DNA of 57,794 bases, the filler included, from Sphacelaria rigidula (lineage: Eukaryota), in the NCBI GenBank assembly GCA_964200075.2. It is 6 parts of 6 records of this genome, joined end to end, with 100 filler letters (N's around TTAATTAATTAA, not from the genome) between each part and the next. Parts side by side here need not be neighbours in the genome. Positions count along the whole stretch, not along the records: positions 1 to 9,550 come from CAXNAA020008249.1; positions 9,651 to 19,199 come from CAXNAA020008250.1; 4 more parts are not named here. One strand, written 5' to 3'. The notes under the pieces were generated by a model. It worked only from the letters and a program-made list of their open reading frames with translations. It made no database searches and had not been told where the DNA came from. Every line of letters starts with the position of its first letter. Within the stretch, counting starts at the first letter, position 1. Both the position numbers and the translations under genes were made by a program. This document shows, in pieces, positions 1 to 11,702 of the stretch.

Positions 1-226
1 TGACCAATCACGGTCGTCAAAATGAGCACTTTTGTTAAGGTAGAGGTAGACATCTGGTGGACACATTCGCTGTCTAGCCTCATAACTCATTTTGAGCATG
101 CCAAATCAATCATATATTATATAACCAAAAAGTAGGTGTTCGGGCATCTTCGGTGCACTGTGTCTGTCTGTTCAGTGCTGCCTGAGCGTCGTACTAGCTC
201 CACACCTCCATCTGGTATCAAACGTC

Positions 227-293
227 ATGGCAGAACACGCGAGCGGCGCCCACGAGTACCCGACGTACGTAGATGTAGACAAGTACTTCGACG
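227..293 (+). CDS. Putative first exon of gene A (unknown protein)
   Basis: ATG at 227 reads MAEHASGAHEYPTYVDVDKYFD, followed by donor GACG|GTGAGG. Phase 1 matches the acceptor at 2363. Confidence 0.4.
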
Positions 294-735
294 GTGAGGA
301 GACCGCCGTCGCCGAGCAATTGCTCTACGGTAGTCAGGGGCCTTCGCGGCGGTAGTCATGGTGCGATATCCAAACGCACGCTGCGTACACTCGGCACGTT
401 CAACACTGTAAGATCCAGTACACTGCAGACCGACGTGCAGCCGCGGCACGATACACTACAGACTGCACAGCAAAAATCGAGGCGTAATAGTCAGGTGGTC
501 GACAACCACACCACCGCCTGTGTTACGACGCAACTATGTGCCTCTTATGCACTCCCGGTCCTTCCGCCGTAGAGTAGGCGTTTTGAGTTGTGACAAAGGA
601 ATGATTCTGAACCCAAAAAGTGTAGTGTCTACCGCAGTCTACCAGCAGGGGGGTCGCTGTCTAAGGGTTAGACAAAATATGGTTTCGCTTTGTGTAACTG
701 TTTCGCGTAATCCATTTTCCAGGATCCACTGTTAC

Positions 736-1191
736 GCCGTTTCTTCCGGATTGTATTTTGTTTGGCTCGTATTTTCCACTTCTAGACCATTTGACAAGGT
801 TTTTGACCCCCAAACAGGGAAAATCGCCACCACACGTCTTGGACACTTTGTATCACCCCACCGAGAGGAGCCTAGCCAACTTTTCCAACTATCGCTTGGG
901 TCAGAGATTTCGAGAGCGGCCCTTGTACAAAAATACGAGGAAAACATGTATTATTGCCCGTCTGCGGGTATTTTCAGGATTTTTCCAATTCGCTTGGGTC
1001 AGAAATTTCGAGCTCTCGAAATCTCTGACCCAAGCGAATTGGAAAAGTGGGCTAGGCTCCTCTCGGCGGGGTGATACAAAGTGTCCAAGACGTGTGGTGG
1101 GGATTTTCCCTGTTTGGGGGTCAAAAATCTTGTCAACTGTCCCAAAAGTGGAAAATACGAGCCAAACAAAATACGAACCGGAGGAAACGGC
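736..1191. repeat. Fold-back (long inverted repeat) module in putative intron 1 of gene A
   Basis: Arms 736-917 and 1012-1191 are reverse complements with scattered mismatches. A nested 32-bp-arm hairpin lies at 981-1046. The same family occurs at ~19030-19165 and ~24969-25446. Confidence 0.9.
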
Positions 1192-2362
1192 CTCACCATG
1201 GCTTTTTTAGCCGCTCGCGTTCTAGGGGCGATTTGTCCGTTTCATCTTACAACGCACAATGCATCATGGCCGGTTTCACCGGTTAGTTCGTACTGTACGG
1301 CGCTGATCACTTTTCTGCCAAGTGCCGTCTCTGTGGCGAGTCGGGTGCTCGCTACTGCGTGCAATGCCAAGCAAGAATCTTGAGAACGTCCAATAGGTAC
1401 TGAAAATTCCGAATGTATTTCTCCGGCCAACACTTTGACGTCGACGTTTTGCTGTAACGGTGCTAGGTTCCTAACTGTATAGACTAAACTGCACAACGGC
1501 GTGGATATAGGGGTACCAGGCTCCAGTATGCACCAAGAGCAGGCACGGTGCATGCAAGCTGACGCTAAACATGGCGATCTGCCACGACTGAACTATACGT
1601 GAGTATAGGAAATTGCATCTAAATGCGTTCTATTGCGCCACTGATCATGTACCACCATCCCTGGGAAGCACGTCGCTGACGCGGAAACCGATGACGAAAT
1701 ACACAACCGTCGAACTTCGAAACATGAAACATGTCACGTGCCCAGCTGACAAGAGCATGACCCCTGTTTCGTCCAACATGATGCCACATGCCACATGCTG
1801 AGATGAACGTACGTGCTATGATCAGTCTCTGACGACGCATATAGCGAACTACTTCCAAGCCAACGATGGGGCGGAACTACTCTATATACGCCCTGCAGGA
1901 TGTTCGCAGCTCTCATCTAATCTTACCTCCTGTGGTAGCACCCAGTTGCGTACTGGGGCGTATGCTTCGTGCCTGCTGCATTCCCGATGTCACCGGAACC
2001 GGCACATGGAACGCGGCCGCAGTGCTCAGCAAGCCCAGGGCAGCGACCAAGTTCATGTTGCACAATTGCATGAGAGTTTAAGACGCCTGAACGAGTATGA
2101 TGATATGGACTAGCACCGCGTGTCGCGTGCGCGTTTTAGGATGAGATGAACAGGATCAGGCTTGGTGGGCTTGACCCGATCTCATGCGGATGGATAATGG
2201 TCAGGAGATGCAAAGTGTTTTCGCCCTTCCTGCGCATATCTTGCTGAAGATTCAGTACTGCTGTATCATGGTTTTGAGCAGTGTGCCATGGGGTTTGCAA
2301 ACAACCATCTTAACATCGTTCTGCTATTGCTGTTAGACGTCTCTTATCGTATAGCCGCACAG

Positions 2363-2432
2363 GGCGGATGGGAAACGGAAACACAAAATCTCTCACTCGT
2401 CCTGAGGAAGGCTGTGCGACGATTCGCCCAAG
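2363..2432 (+). CDS. Putative small internal exon of gene A
   Basis: CACAG| acceptor and CCAAG|GTGCGA donor. Phases (1 in, 2 out) join exon 227-293 to exon 2781-4256 without a stop. Confidence 0.4.
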
Positions 2433-2780
2433 GTGCGAGCCCATCACCAGCACTGCTGCCTCTCTTGCCGCTTTTGTAAAATAGCATCAACATGCATGCG
2501 ATCAGAAGCCACGTGAAATATGGCGGGCGTTTTGAGAGGGGCCGAAACATGCCGTAAAATCACCACTGTAACCGGGATTCATATCCCTGTCGGCTGCCAT
2601 CGTCGAGCGGAGTGATGTATCTGTGTGCTGTGTAGCACCCGAACACAACTACTTTTTTAGTGTGTATCTTCTGCGGGTGCTGTTCCCTATTCCCGACTGT
2701 ATTCTGAAAGCTATGATGTAATCATTAAAACAGCACTGCTGGCAAGCAAACCCGTTTCGGAAATCGTCGTCTTGCACCAG

Positions 2781-4256
2781 GCATACGAACAGGGCAGATC
2801 CAGTAAAGCTAGACGCACCCTGCTCGGCCTGTGACATCTATTCGTCTTCACCGACATTTCGATCACACCGCGACAAGGCGGGGCGGCCTGGCCTACTCTC
2901 CAGCCCAAGGCAATCCCGATCCCAATTTTCTGCATCACTGAAACGATCACTGAAAGCTGGCAGACACTCACGGAAGTCCGTCCTACACTACTCTGGTGAC
3001 GAAGTTTCAGTCAGATCAGAAGGCTTCCCTTCGGCTCCCGCCGACGGCTCACTGCGGCACTCTCCGACAGTCGTCTTTAGCAGCAGTAGCGATACCCTCG
3101 GGCCGAAACTTGGTCGAGAGACTTCACCTAACGACGAGCACCGCGGTGGCCTGGCGAGCGCGTTGACGAACTCTGGCGGCGGCGGTATCATTGTAGAAAG
3201 GTCGCCCGCGACAACGCAATGCCACGGATCTGCTGGGTCTTCGGTGGCGTCCAGCTCTACGATTACATCAGAGGAGGAGCTGACAACGTGTCCGGGAGGT
3301 GGAATGGTACGGGCGTTTCAAGACAAGCGTAATCGGGGGCATAAACGAGAGGAGGAGAGCGAACTTGCCGATGACCAGGGTGCAGCAGCAACCCATCGAT
3401 CTGGCGTCGAGACACCGAAGAAACAAATTGGACTTGGGCACAACAGGAGCAACAGTAGGAATTCGGCAGTGTGGCGTGAGAGAGTGAGAAGGAACAGATC
3501 CAGATCCATATGTGAAGGACGGAAGCGTGTTGGCAACGGGGCACCAGCGAAGGGGAGACCATCGTCTATGGTTAAATGCTGGGAGGGACGATTAGGAGAG
3601 AGAGGAAGAGACGAGGAGGAGCGAGCGGGGGTTCATAGCAGCCACACAGTGAAGGGTAGGCCCGCTTGTTGCGCCGAGTCCGTTCTAAGCAGCAGTGCCG
3701 AGAGAGTGGTCGAGAACTGTAAAGTTTCCAGTCCTGGGACAATCACTCGCAGAACAAGCAACGGCAAGGTGTCCGGTAGCCAAGCAGCTCGAAATAGCCA
3801 GGGGAAGACTCTGCGCGATGAAGGACGAGATACACCCTCTCGAGCTGATAAAAATGACGACGATGATCGGAGTGTACTCTCCTTGTCACCGCTACGGACG
3901 TCGGGAACATATCAACATCGAGACTGCGACGAAAGCCTCAGTGCTTCCAGTGCCGGTGGTAGCGCCGCCGTCCAGGAACAGCTTTCTGTATCCTCCCTAC
4001 CACCCATGGGCACCGCAGCGACTGCGACCGCCGCAGAATGGATGCTCGAAGAATTGTCCCTCGAAGACAGCGGAGCTTCGGGGTCTATTGCATCTTCGGC
4101 CGATAGACATGCCACAGACGGCGGTGATACGGTTAAAGGTGGCAACAATGAAAGCAGCGAAAGTAATGGTGGCGGCGGCGTAGGCCGGAAACGGGGCGAA
4201 CCTCTGGCGTCTCGGCAACGACAAGGGTCAGCTAGCAATGCCCTCGTGCGCACCAG
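2781..4256 (+). CDS. Large exon of gene A, low-complexity S/G/R/E-rich, probably disordered
   Basis: The frame is open from 2722 to 4260 (the ORF track shows 3163-4260). Acceptor TCTTGCACCAG| and donor CCAG|GTAAAG. The 5' boundary is uncertain, with an alternative at 2734. Confidence 0.7.
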
Positions 4257-4435
4257 GTAAAGTTTGAGAGAACAGAGAGGAATTTTGGGGACCAGGGTCT
4301 GTGGTGTCAGCGGAATGAGTTTTCGTGTAAACACCGTTTAACCGATGCAATTCTAAAGGTGTGGCGAAACTACAGCACATTTTGTTATCCTTTGAGTCTA
4401 CAGTTCGTGTTGATACGGATCGACGTCCGAAACAG

Positions 4436-4546
4436 GTCAGCGGGACGGGGTTTGACGAGTTTGATGGCCCGCATTCGAGAGCAGGAAGAGCGTGACGGAA
4501 GCGGGATTGCATCGAATGGGACAACTTTTTTTGATCGGGAGTCAGG
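4436..4546 (+). CDS. Gene A exon (RSAGRGLTSLMARIREQEERDG...)
   Basis: AACAG| acceptor and CAGG|GTGAGG donor. Phase 2/2 is consistent with both neighbours. Confidence 0.7.
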
Positions 4547-4969
4547 GTGAGGGCATCGGGGCTCGTGGGCCATTAGCTCATGTTGATCAACTGTGCAAAG
4601 TCGCACGTGGCGTGCGACAGCAAAATATGGTGTGGTAACGATCAGCGAATTCTCAGCAAGTACTTCAATGGATGGCGTCTCAGGGGGCGTGAACACGCCT
4701 GGCTTTCCTTTCCCTGCCATATCTGACGGCCGATTCATATAAGAATGAAGTTTGTCCCACCTGTCCGAACCACCTAATGATTCTTACGTGGTCTTGAGCG
4801 TACCCACGGCTCATACAGGTCATCCTTCTTGGATTTTTTTTCAAACTGGCGCAAACACCGTTCCTGTCTCGTCTTTTTGCTCCCACGTTTTGCTTGTAAT
4901 GTATATTCAAAGCTCTTCGCTTCCGTTCGGTCGCCTCATGCCGCTCATTGCTGTGGAATCTAATGACAG

Positions 4970-5144
4970 CCAGCCAGATCTGTCTGACTTTGATGACGGC
5001 GCCAGCTCACCAGTTTTCACGGCACCGGCAGCGTCTTCCACGACGAGTGCGTCTTGGACTGCGCCAATTTCGACTCCTTCGATCAACGTTAGCGGGCACC
5101 AACGAGCTGCTTTGGAGTTGCGAAACTTGACGCTCGAGAGAGAG
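4970..5144 (+). CDS. Gene A exon (QPDLSDFDDG...LELRNLTLERE)
   Basis: CTAATGACAG| acceptor and GAG|GTAGAT donor. Splicing to 5355 gives the coiled-coil-like LELRNLTLEREVEQLKAHLRS. Confidence 0.7.
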
Positions 5145-5354
5145 GTAGATCTACCGGACTACATGTCGGTCGAACATGTGCGCGCAACGCGCAGTGCGAC
5201 AACACCTGTCAAAAGCATGTGCTGCTGATGCGATGATTGCGTTGGTCTATCTATCTCGGTGAAAGAAGGGTTGGGCGAAACCCATCGCCATGTGTACACA
5301 TGCGCTGGGCTGCACTCACACTCATACTCGGCTTCGTCTAATGAACAAAAGCAG

Positions 5355-6198
5355 GTGGAACAACTGAAGGCGCACCTTCGCAGCATGGGAGGCCGCAAGG
5401 TTGTCGGGGATCGTCAGCGAAACACCGTCTCGCGCCGACCTAGGCCCCGCCCCCATCACCTCAAAGAACGATCTTTGGCTGTCGGTGCGGTGGGGGGGGC
5501 AGCACACTCGACAGGAGGGCCTGCTGGGCGCGCCCGAGCGGCTACCACGGCAACAGCCGGCGCTGTTGCCTCGACTACTCGCCGATCCTCGGCTCCGCCG
5601 ATGTCCATCGTGTCCGAGAGTCCTTCGACGAGTTTTGGTCCTCGAGAAAACAGCGGAATTGGGGGTGATGGTGGCAGTGATGTTGTCTTGAGTAGTGCCC
5701 AAAGTGCAAAAGGCGACGGCCGCGGCAGAAGTAAAAGTGTTGACATGGTGAGGCACCAACACGATAGCAACAGGAGGAGACTGAGCGGCACCCGAGAGGG
5801 GAATTGCGCCGAGACAACCGCGGAGCACACCGAAAGGACTTCACCACATCAAGCCGCGCAGCAGAAGAAGACACCTTCCCCTCCAAGGCTGAAAGACCAC
5901 CGCCTCTCTGGTCCACATACTAGCGCTGCTATGGTGAGCGGGAACCTATCCTCTCCGATGCGACGACTGCGCAACGTGAGACTTCGTTCACCTGAATCGG
6001 CATCGGAGACATGCGGTGAACGGCCGGAGGACGCGTGGCTACAATCTGGAACGAGCGGAATGAGTGAAACGTTCCAATCGGAAGGGGGTCGGGCGGGGGT
6101 AACGAGAGGGGAGACTTCCGACGATGTGGGAGGGCGGTATGGTCTCGACGCATCGATCGTTGACATAAAGCACGATGTGGATGATCGTGGAGATGCAG
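5355..6198 (+). CDS. Gene A exon, low complexity
   Basis: Lies within the 322-aa ORF 5259-6227. AAGCAG| acceptor and GCAG|GTGAGG donor. Confidence 0.75.
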
Positions 6199-6424
6199 GT
6201 GAGGTACCCACCTTAGTTAACAACTAGAAGGGAAAGATAGAGGGTAGGGGAGGGAGTTGCGGATTGGCTATACCTTCAAACTTTCAACTCCGGTGGTATA
6301 GATTCACGGTTGTTGGTCGCTTTTGAATACTCGACAAACGAGCTACCTATCCCAGTTCAAATGACACCACTACTCCCGCGCTTCCCTCCGCCGGTCCCCT
6401 TTTAATCCGACTTTCACCTTTCAG

Positions 6425-6611
6425 AGGAAATGAGGACGACTCATGAGACGCGAGCTTTGAAGGGTACTGTAGAGTCAAGACCTCTGCCGCGATTGCGTGC
6501 AGAGGAGCCACGGCGAAGACGAGGAGCGTCGGAGAAGGCCCGTGCTGGCATCACTTCAATCGGACTAGGGGGAGTGGTATCGGGGATGAAGCACTCTCTT
6601 ATCGGTCGAAG
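6425..6611 (+). CDS. Possible gene A exon (3' boundary uncertain)
   Basis: Pyrimidine tract plus TTTCAG| acceptor in phase 1, matching the previous donor. The donor GAAG|GTCAGC is tentative. Confidence 0.35.
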
Positions 6612-7536
6612 GTCAGCCTATGGGCCGTTGTGGAATAGACAATGTGTCGGGAATACATCTTTGCAGTGACATATTAGAGACTGAGACCACACGTGTATGA
6701 AGAGCCAGAGCAAGCAGGTACAAGTAGGAACGGTCCGAATGGACCAGATTCCCGAGGACCCTGTAATGCCGACGTAACTAGACACTTGGGGGATGCCAGG
6801 AAGAGCCTAATACAGGACGGCCTAAACTCCCTCAAGGTCTGGGTCGCCCCTGGCGCCCACTTCTCGTCTGACTCCACTTCTTGCCTACATATACAAGAGG
6901 AAGTCATCGCCAGCCTCGGAGTTCCTTCGGCATCAGGACGGCAGTCTCCCCCCGTAGGCCCCTGACTACTCTAGCGATACGCCTTCCTTACAAATGGATG
7001 AGGAGGGGGAAGCTACAATCAAGATGGGGCAGACTCTGCTTGCCCTTGTTGGTAGAACAGACGTTTGGCGGAGGAAAAATTGAATATCCTTCTCGGCGGG
7101 GAATGAAACTAGAGGGGGGGAACACAGGGACAGGCATTTTACCGTTCGTCATACGAAACCCTTCAAGCGTTAGAGTCTAGAACGACCGAACAAGTGTTGG
7201 TCTGTACTATATGGTCTTGTCTACGTGCGGAGCAGGGTTGTTACCATGATGGGAAGCCACTTCGATTCCTCGGACCAGCCACCGGATAAAAGAGTGAGCT
7301 TCACACGAAGAAGCAAGTATGATGAGAGTATGCCTAGGACAGCACGTTGACACCCCCTAGATTCAAAAGGGTGAATAATCCATTTCCTTGGGCGCACAAG
7401 ACAAATTCCAAAACCTTCGGCCAAAGGTGGAGAACATAATAGAGACCTAAACCAACACGTCAGAGACTTTTGCTCTTTCCGTTGTTGACTAGGCTGCCGC
7501 GGGGATGTCGCTGCCACTCCTCCTTTGCCGTTGCAG

Positions 7537-8431
7537 ACGAAGCAGTGGTGGACTACGAGTTCAGGTGGTTGCTCCAAGCAGCAGCAAAGATGACGGGGTG
7601 GGGACTAGCATTCCGAGCAGTGGTCGCAGCAGCGGACGAACCAACAACAGCGGCAGAGCTCATCCCCGTGCGCCCCTTGACCACGCCGATAGAAAAAGCG
7701 GAGTAACACTTCCAGCTGCTGGTCATCATGATAATACGGTTGGTGTCGAAGCGTCGACGGAATGCGAAGAGGACAGCAAGAAGCATACATTATCGTCCCA
7801 GGTAATTGCAACAACGATACCGCGAAACGGAGACACTACGACGACGAAGATTCTGGCGTCGAATGAGCGTCGTCATCGGAGGGGAGGCGCGGGAGGAAAA
7901 CCGGGAGACGAACAACACAGTCTCCACCAGCGAGGGGGAAATATACTAGCACCCACAGGTAGTAGTAGTAGCAGTAGCAGAAGTAGTAGCACCAGTGTCA
8001 GCAATAGTAATAGCGCTATCGCGATTCATCGAGGGTCGACGGCTAGGTCGGAAGCACCAAAAATTCAATCTCCGGCGCTTCAAGATTCTCCCCGGCAAAC
8101 AGAAGCGGTGACGTCATGTCCAACTCTACCAACTTCTCCAGCACCTACCACGACGCCCCTCAGCGCGGAGCTCGTTGGAAAAGAAGATTTCACTCGTGAG
8201 GTAACATTGGCATCGCCGACGACGACTGAAGGAGGAGAACAAGCTGTCGTTGAGGACGGTGGGCCGAGGTTGTTGCCAGGGCACCGCTGGCCCGAGATAC
8301 TAGACGCGCGGTGGGCGGAGGTTGAGTTCGTGCTGTGCCGGGCGGTCGAGAGTGAGAAGAGTCTAAAGTATACGGCGGAGGCTACCGAAGATGGTCTGGT
8401 GTTCATGGACAAACTTGAGAAAAAGGCTCAG
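7537..8431 (+). CDS. Gene A exon, ending in an ordered-looking segment (HRWPEILDARWAEVEFVLCRAVESEKSL...)
   Basis: Lies within the 323-aa ORF 7505-8476. TTGCAG| acceptor and CAG|GTGACC donor. Confidence 0.7.
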
Positions 8432-8803
8432 GTGACCATACTTTCGGATGGAACGCAACGTTTGTGCGATTCGTAGGCAGATGTACTCTCCAGCTCTTCG
8501 TATGCTTGTAATTTCGCCAGACGAAGTTCGACGCATACACTAGGGAGTTGTAGCATCAGTTGTAGCGTCACAGCACAAGAATCTACTAGTTGATACGTAC
8601 GCGCTACCATGTCGTTTTTGTTCGCTTTACGTAGTCTTTTCGTCTCTTCTCGAATGACCGTGCGCCGTTGCTTTCTACTCCGATAGTTCATCTGTGGATG
8701 TAGAGATAGTCCATCTGAGTGAAGCACGTGAACCATCTGCATGAAGTACGTGTATTCGCCCAGAACTCTTCTAAAAGAATGCTGTTGGTGTTCTCGTTCG
8801 CAG

Positions 8804-9013
8804 GAACTTGGAGTGCTAAAGGGTCAGCTGAGTCGGTGGCTTCTCCCGTACAACGCCGATACCTCGGTGGACGAACAGCAAGCCGCAACACCTAGACGTT
8901 TTCAAGAGGCGCTGCAGAAGTCGATAGCCGCGGCGTCGACCGCGGAGGGAGGGCTGTTGACGGAGGAAGAGGCGGAATATCTCACAGCAGGCGCCCGTAA
9001 AGTGCGACAACTG
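8804..9013 (+). CDS. Gene A exon (ELGVLKGQLSRWLLPY...ARKVRQL); the gene continues beyond the contig
   Basis: TTCTCGTTCGCAG| acceptor and CTG|GTGAGG donor, phase 0/0. Confidence 0.75.
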
Positions 9014-9478
9014 GTGAGGAAATCAACCCGTTGTTCAAGTAACAATGAAGAAACTATGCTATCGAAACGAGAGCGGTGGGACATTCAAAATGATACGATC
9101 TTCAAACGGTAGCTGGTTAGTCTCGGTGTATTCTCAAATAGAGGATACTACTACTATTGCTGAAGCGATGGCCGTATATATCAGCACTAACGACACCATA
9201 CATCTCGAATTTTGTAGGCCAGTAGTTATGGGGCCACCCGCGCTTTCTTACCGAAAAAAAGTGAAGGATTGGCTGCAAAGGTTGAGGCATACACGGAAAC
9301 ACGCGAGCTTAACTTACTACACCCCTTGTCTGTTCCGAAATCCATCCCCAATACTGTATACATCTGAATTTAGGGTACCCGTTGATTGAAACTAAGACAC
9401 ACGGATGGCCACATAATCTTGAGACACTTCCGTGTGTTTGAGGCGGAAGACTTACGGGAGGGGAGATTTTCTTTGAGT

Positions 9479-9541
9479 GGGTGTACTCATGATTATGCAT
9501 GCCATAGTCATCAGACCATTGACCTCGCATCCCTACAAAGC
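9479..9541 (-). mobile_element. Short 5'-truncated LINE 3'-end fragment (family of 32220-33893)
   Basis: The reverse complement GCTTTGTAGGGATGCGAGGTCAATGGTCTGATGACTATGGCATGCATAATCATGAGTACACCC matches copies at 37918, 40238 and 57051 and the LINE terminus at 33844-33893. Confidence 0.75.
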
Positions 9542-9550
9542 CGGGATGGA

Positions 9551-9650
9551 NNNNNNNNNNNNNNNNNNNNNNNNNNNNNNNNNNNNNNNNNNNNTTAATT
9601 AATTAANNNNNNNNNNNNNNNNNNNNNNNNNNNNNNNNNNNNNNNNNNNN
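9551..9650. other. Artificial assembly spacer (N44-TTAATTAATTAA-N44); identical spacers at 19200-19299, 28849-28948, 38498-38597 and 48147-48246
   Basis: Five identical 100-nt spacers containing a six-frame stop linker, spaced exactly 9649 nt apart. Confidence 0.97.
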
Positions 9651-9745
9651 TCAGTAGTCTAGTTGGTTGTCTTTTAAACCGTCACAAAAGTTAGTCGTGG
9701 GGGTTCAATCCCCGGTTGTCTCTTAAACCGTCACAGGTTGAACGT
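9651..9745 (+). repeat. tRNA-like SINE head fragment
   Basis: A-box-like TAGTCTAGTTGG and B-box-like GGTTCAATCCC, with an internal duplication of GGTTGTCT(T/C)TTAAACCGTCACA. No cloverleaf. Confidence 0.4.
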
Positions 9746-10445
9746 ACACAAAAAACAAAAGTCCACAAAGAAACCACTACTATTAAATACTCGACTTGTC
9801 AACGTCTACGACTACCCCCACTGCTCTTGAGCGGTTGGCTGCTCTGTTCAGGTGACTCCTTTGTCAGCCAAATTTGAGCCACTAGTGCTGAGGGGATAAA
9901 TTCGTATGTGTCAGGATTGTTGGGAGATATAGCACGGGGGTGGCGGGTGAGCATGCTCTGTAATCAACCCAGAAATGCACGGGGCAACTCGCACTCTTGT
10001 TTTCCCGACGGCCACCGAGTGGTGCCACGATAATTGTTATTGTTACTGTTACTGTTACTGTTGCTATTATCATCATCATCGTCATCACCATCGTGAGAAA
10101 TAATAAGAAATGTTATTTCCGCGTAGTAGCCCGATCTCTCGAACCCGTGGTCACAGACGTGGGTGTCATCATAGGGGTGAACGGATTTGTCTCTCAGGTT
10201 TGAACGTTTAGAAGAGCCCTTTGTTGCACCCAAAAAACCCGTGTGGAGTATGTGGCAGCATGCCACGATTAGCACTCCAATGGGCTAGGGATATCCCAGT
10301 CTTTTTATCTCTTGCATTCCTTTTTCTACGTTTTATTTATACTTTTCTGTTTTTCATTTCTTTCAATTTTCTGCATTTTTGTTTCTGTTTGTGATCACGA
10401 GCTGGATTGTTGCAATCAGCTACGAAATGCGAGATAATCATCTAG

Positions 10446-10518
10446 TTGTTTGTGTTTGTGTTTGTGTTTGTGTTTGTGAGTGTTGTTGATGTTGTTGCTG
10501 GTGTGTGTGTGTGCTGTT

Positions 10519-10564
<46 letters not shown>

Positions 10565-10585
10565 TTGTTGCTGTTGTCGTTGTTG
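10446..10585. repeat. Compound microsatellite (TTTGTG)n/(TG)n/(TAG)n/(GTT)n
   Basis: Directly visible. Confidence 0.9.
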
Positions 10586-10669
10586 TCGCTACTTCCTTTC
10601 TTCTTTCCTTTCTATGGCTGTTGCTTCCGTCTTTTTCTGTTCCTTACCTTCTCCCTTATTCTTCTTTTT

Positions 10670-10766
10670 CCTGCTGCCCCTGATCACTGGCTGGATTGCT
10701 GCAATCAGTTAATTAATGTGAGATAACCGCTCAGTCAAGCAATCGATCAATCAATCAATCAATCAA
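10670..10766 (+). repeat. Non-LTR retroelement 3' end with (AATC)n tail
   Basis: TGATCAC.GCTGGATTG.TGCAATCAG motif, also present at ~10392, followed by an AATC tandem tail. Confidence 0.45.
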
Positions 10767-11156
10767 AATGAACTAAAATAACGACAAATGTCCTGGTCCA
10801 CATATTCTTGTGTATATCCTAACTTTCGGAGTCTTCGAGCGAGACACATCTTAGCCCAAACATGCAACCCCTACCGTGGCATGGCTTCACCGTTGTTGGG
10901 GAAAAGGTACCACACACATACATGTGGTTTGGCCGTGCGCCCGAACCATTCGAACAGGGTAGCGTCACCCGCCGCAATCGAAACCCCTCACGTTGTTGCC
11001 CATGGTCAGAATGGGTGAACGCGCACGGCCGAGAACTTTGTGATCCTCTAGTTAGTGTATTCTCCAAGATCCGAAGGCTACGAATGGGAGTGTGTTTCTG
11101 GATCGGTTCTGCTCATATCTGCAGGCAGAACACTCGTGGGTGTACCGTATCGGGGC

Positions 11157-11616
11157 TGTTCGTGATAGCGGCTGTAGTATCGACTGATTTGCGTAGAACA
11201 TCTGATAGGACGATCTGAATAACGGAACTGTCGATCTATAAGGTACTGAGCTGCCGCATAATTGAGAATTGCGAGGAACGTTTGCGGCCCTTTCTGTAGC
11301 TTATGTAGGAATACCCTTTGTGGATACTGCATTAGTCCGAGCATGGTATTTGTGGTGTGGGGAACAACTCGAAGTTTTGTGGTACGTAAGGAAGTGCGTT
11401 GGTCCGAGTTCCGTTGCTGGAACCATGTAGAACGTTGCTGAGGTTCCGGAACGTTTCCGGAACTTGTCTTTGGTTCTTTGGTTTCCGGAGTTTAATGTTT
11501 GTAGATGACATGAGCTCACCTACCGTGCTCACTCCACTTTCCCGACCCGTCTCTCCGGACCAAGGTCTCAATAATACAATACATATTTTTCTCCAGGAGT
11601 CACGAGTTTACCAACA
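11157..11616 (+). repeat. 5' LTR (460 bp)
   Basis: TGTTCGTGATAG...CACGAGTTTACCAACA, homologous to 16864-17274. Confidence 0.9.
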
Positions 11617-11702
11617 CGCTATAGCGCATCAGTCGACTGCTGCTTCGTCCCCCTGGACTGTGCACGAGACTGTCGAGGGAGGCTTGATCAACCTGCCTCA
11701 TC

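Noticed and set aside
3263-6223. Numerous overlapping antisense and alternative-frame ORFs
   Set aside because: These are shadows of GC-rich, low-complexity coding exons of gene A.
9495-9520. Hammerhead ribozyme core (CTGATGA) in the short repeat; also CTGACGA at ~1828
   Set aside because: No GAAA follows a stem II, and the motif is not conserved among the repeat copies.
9551-9650. TTAATTAATTAA palindrome within N runs, and ORFs running into X residues
   Set aside because: Synthetic six-frame-stop linker repeated identically five times; an assembly artefact.
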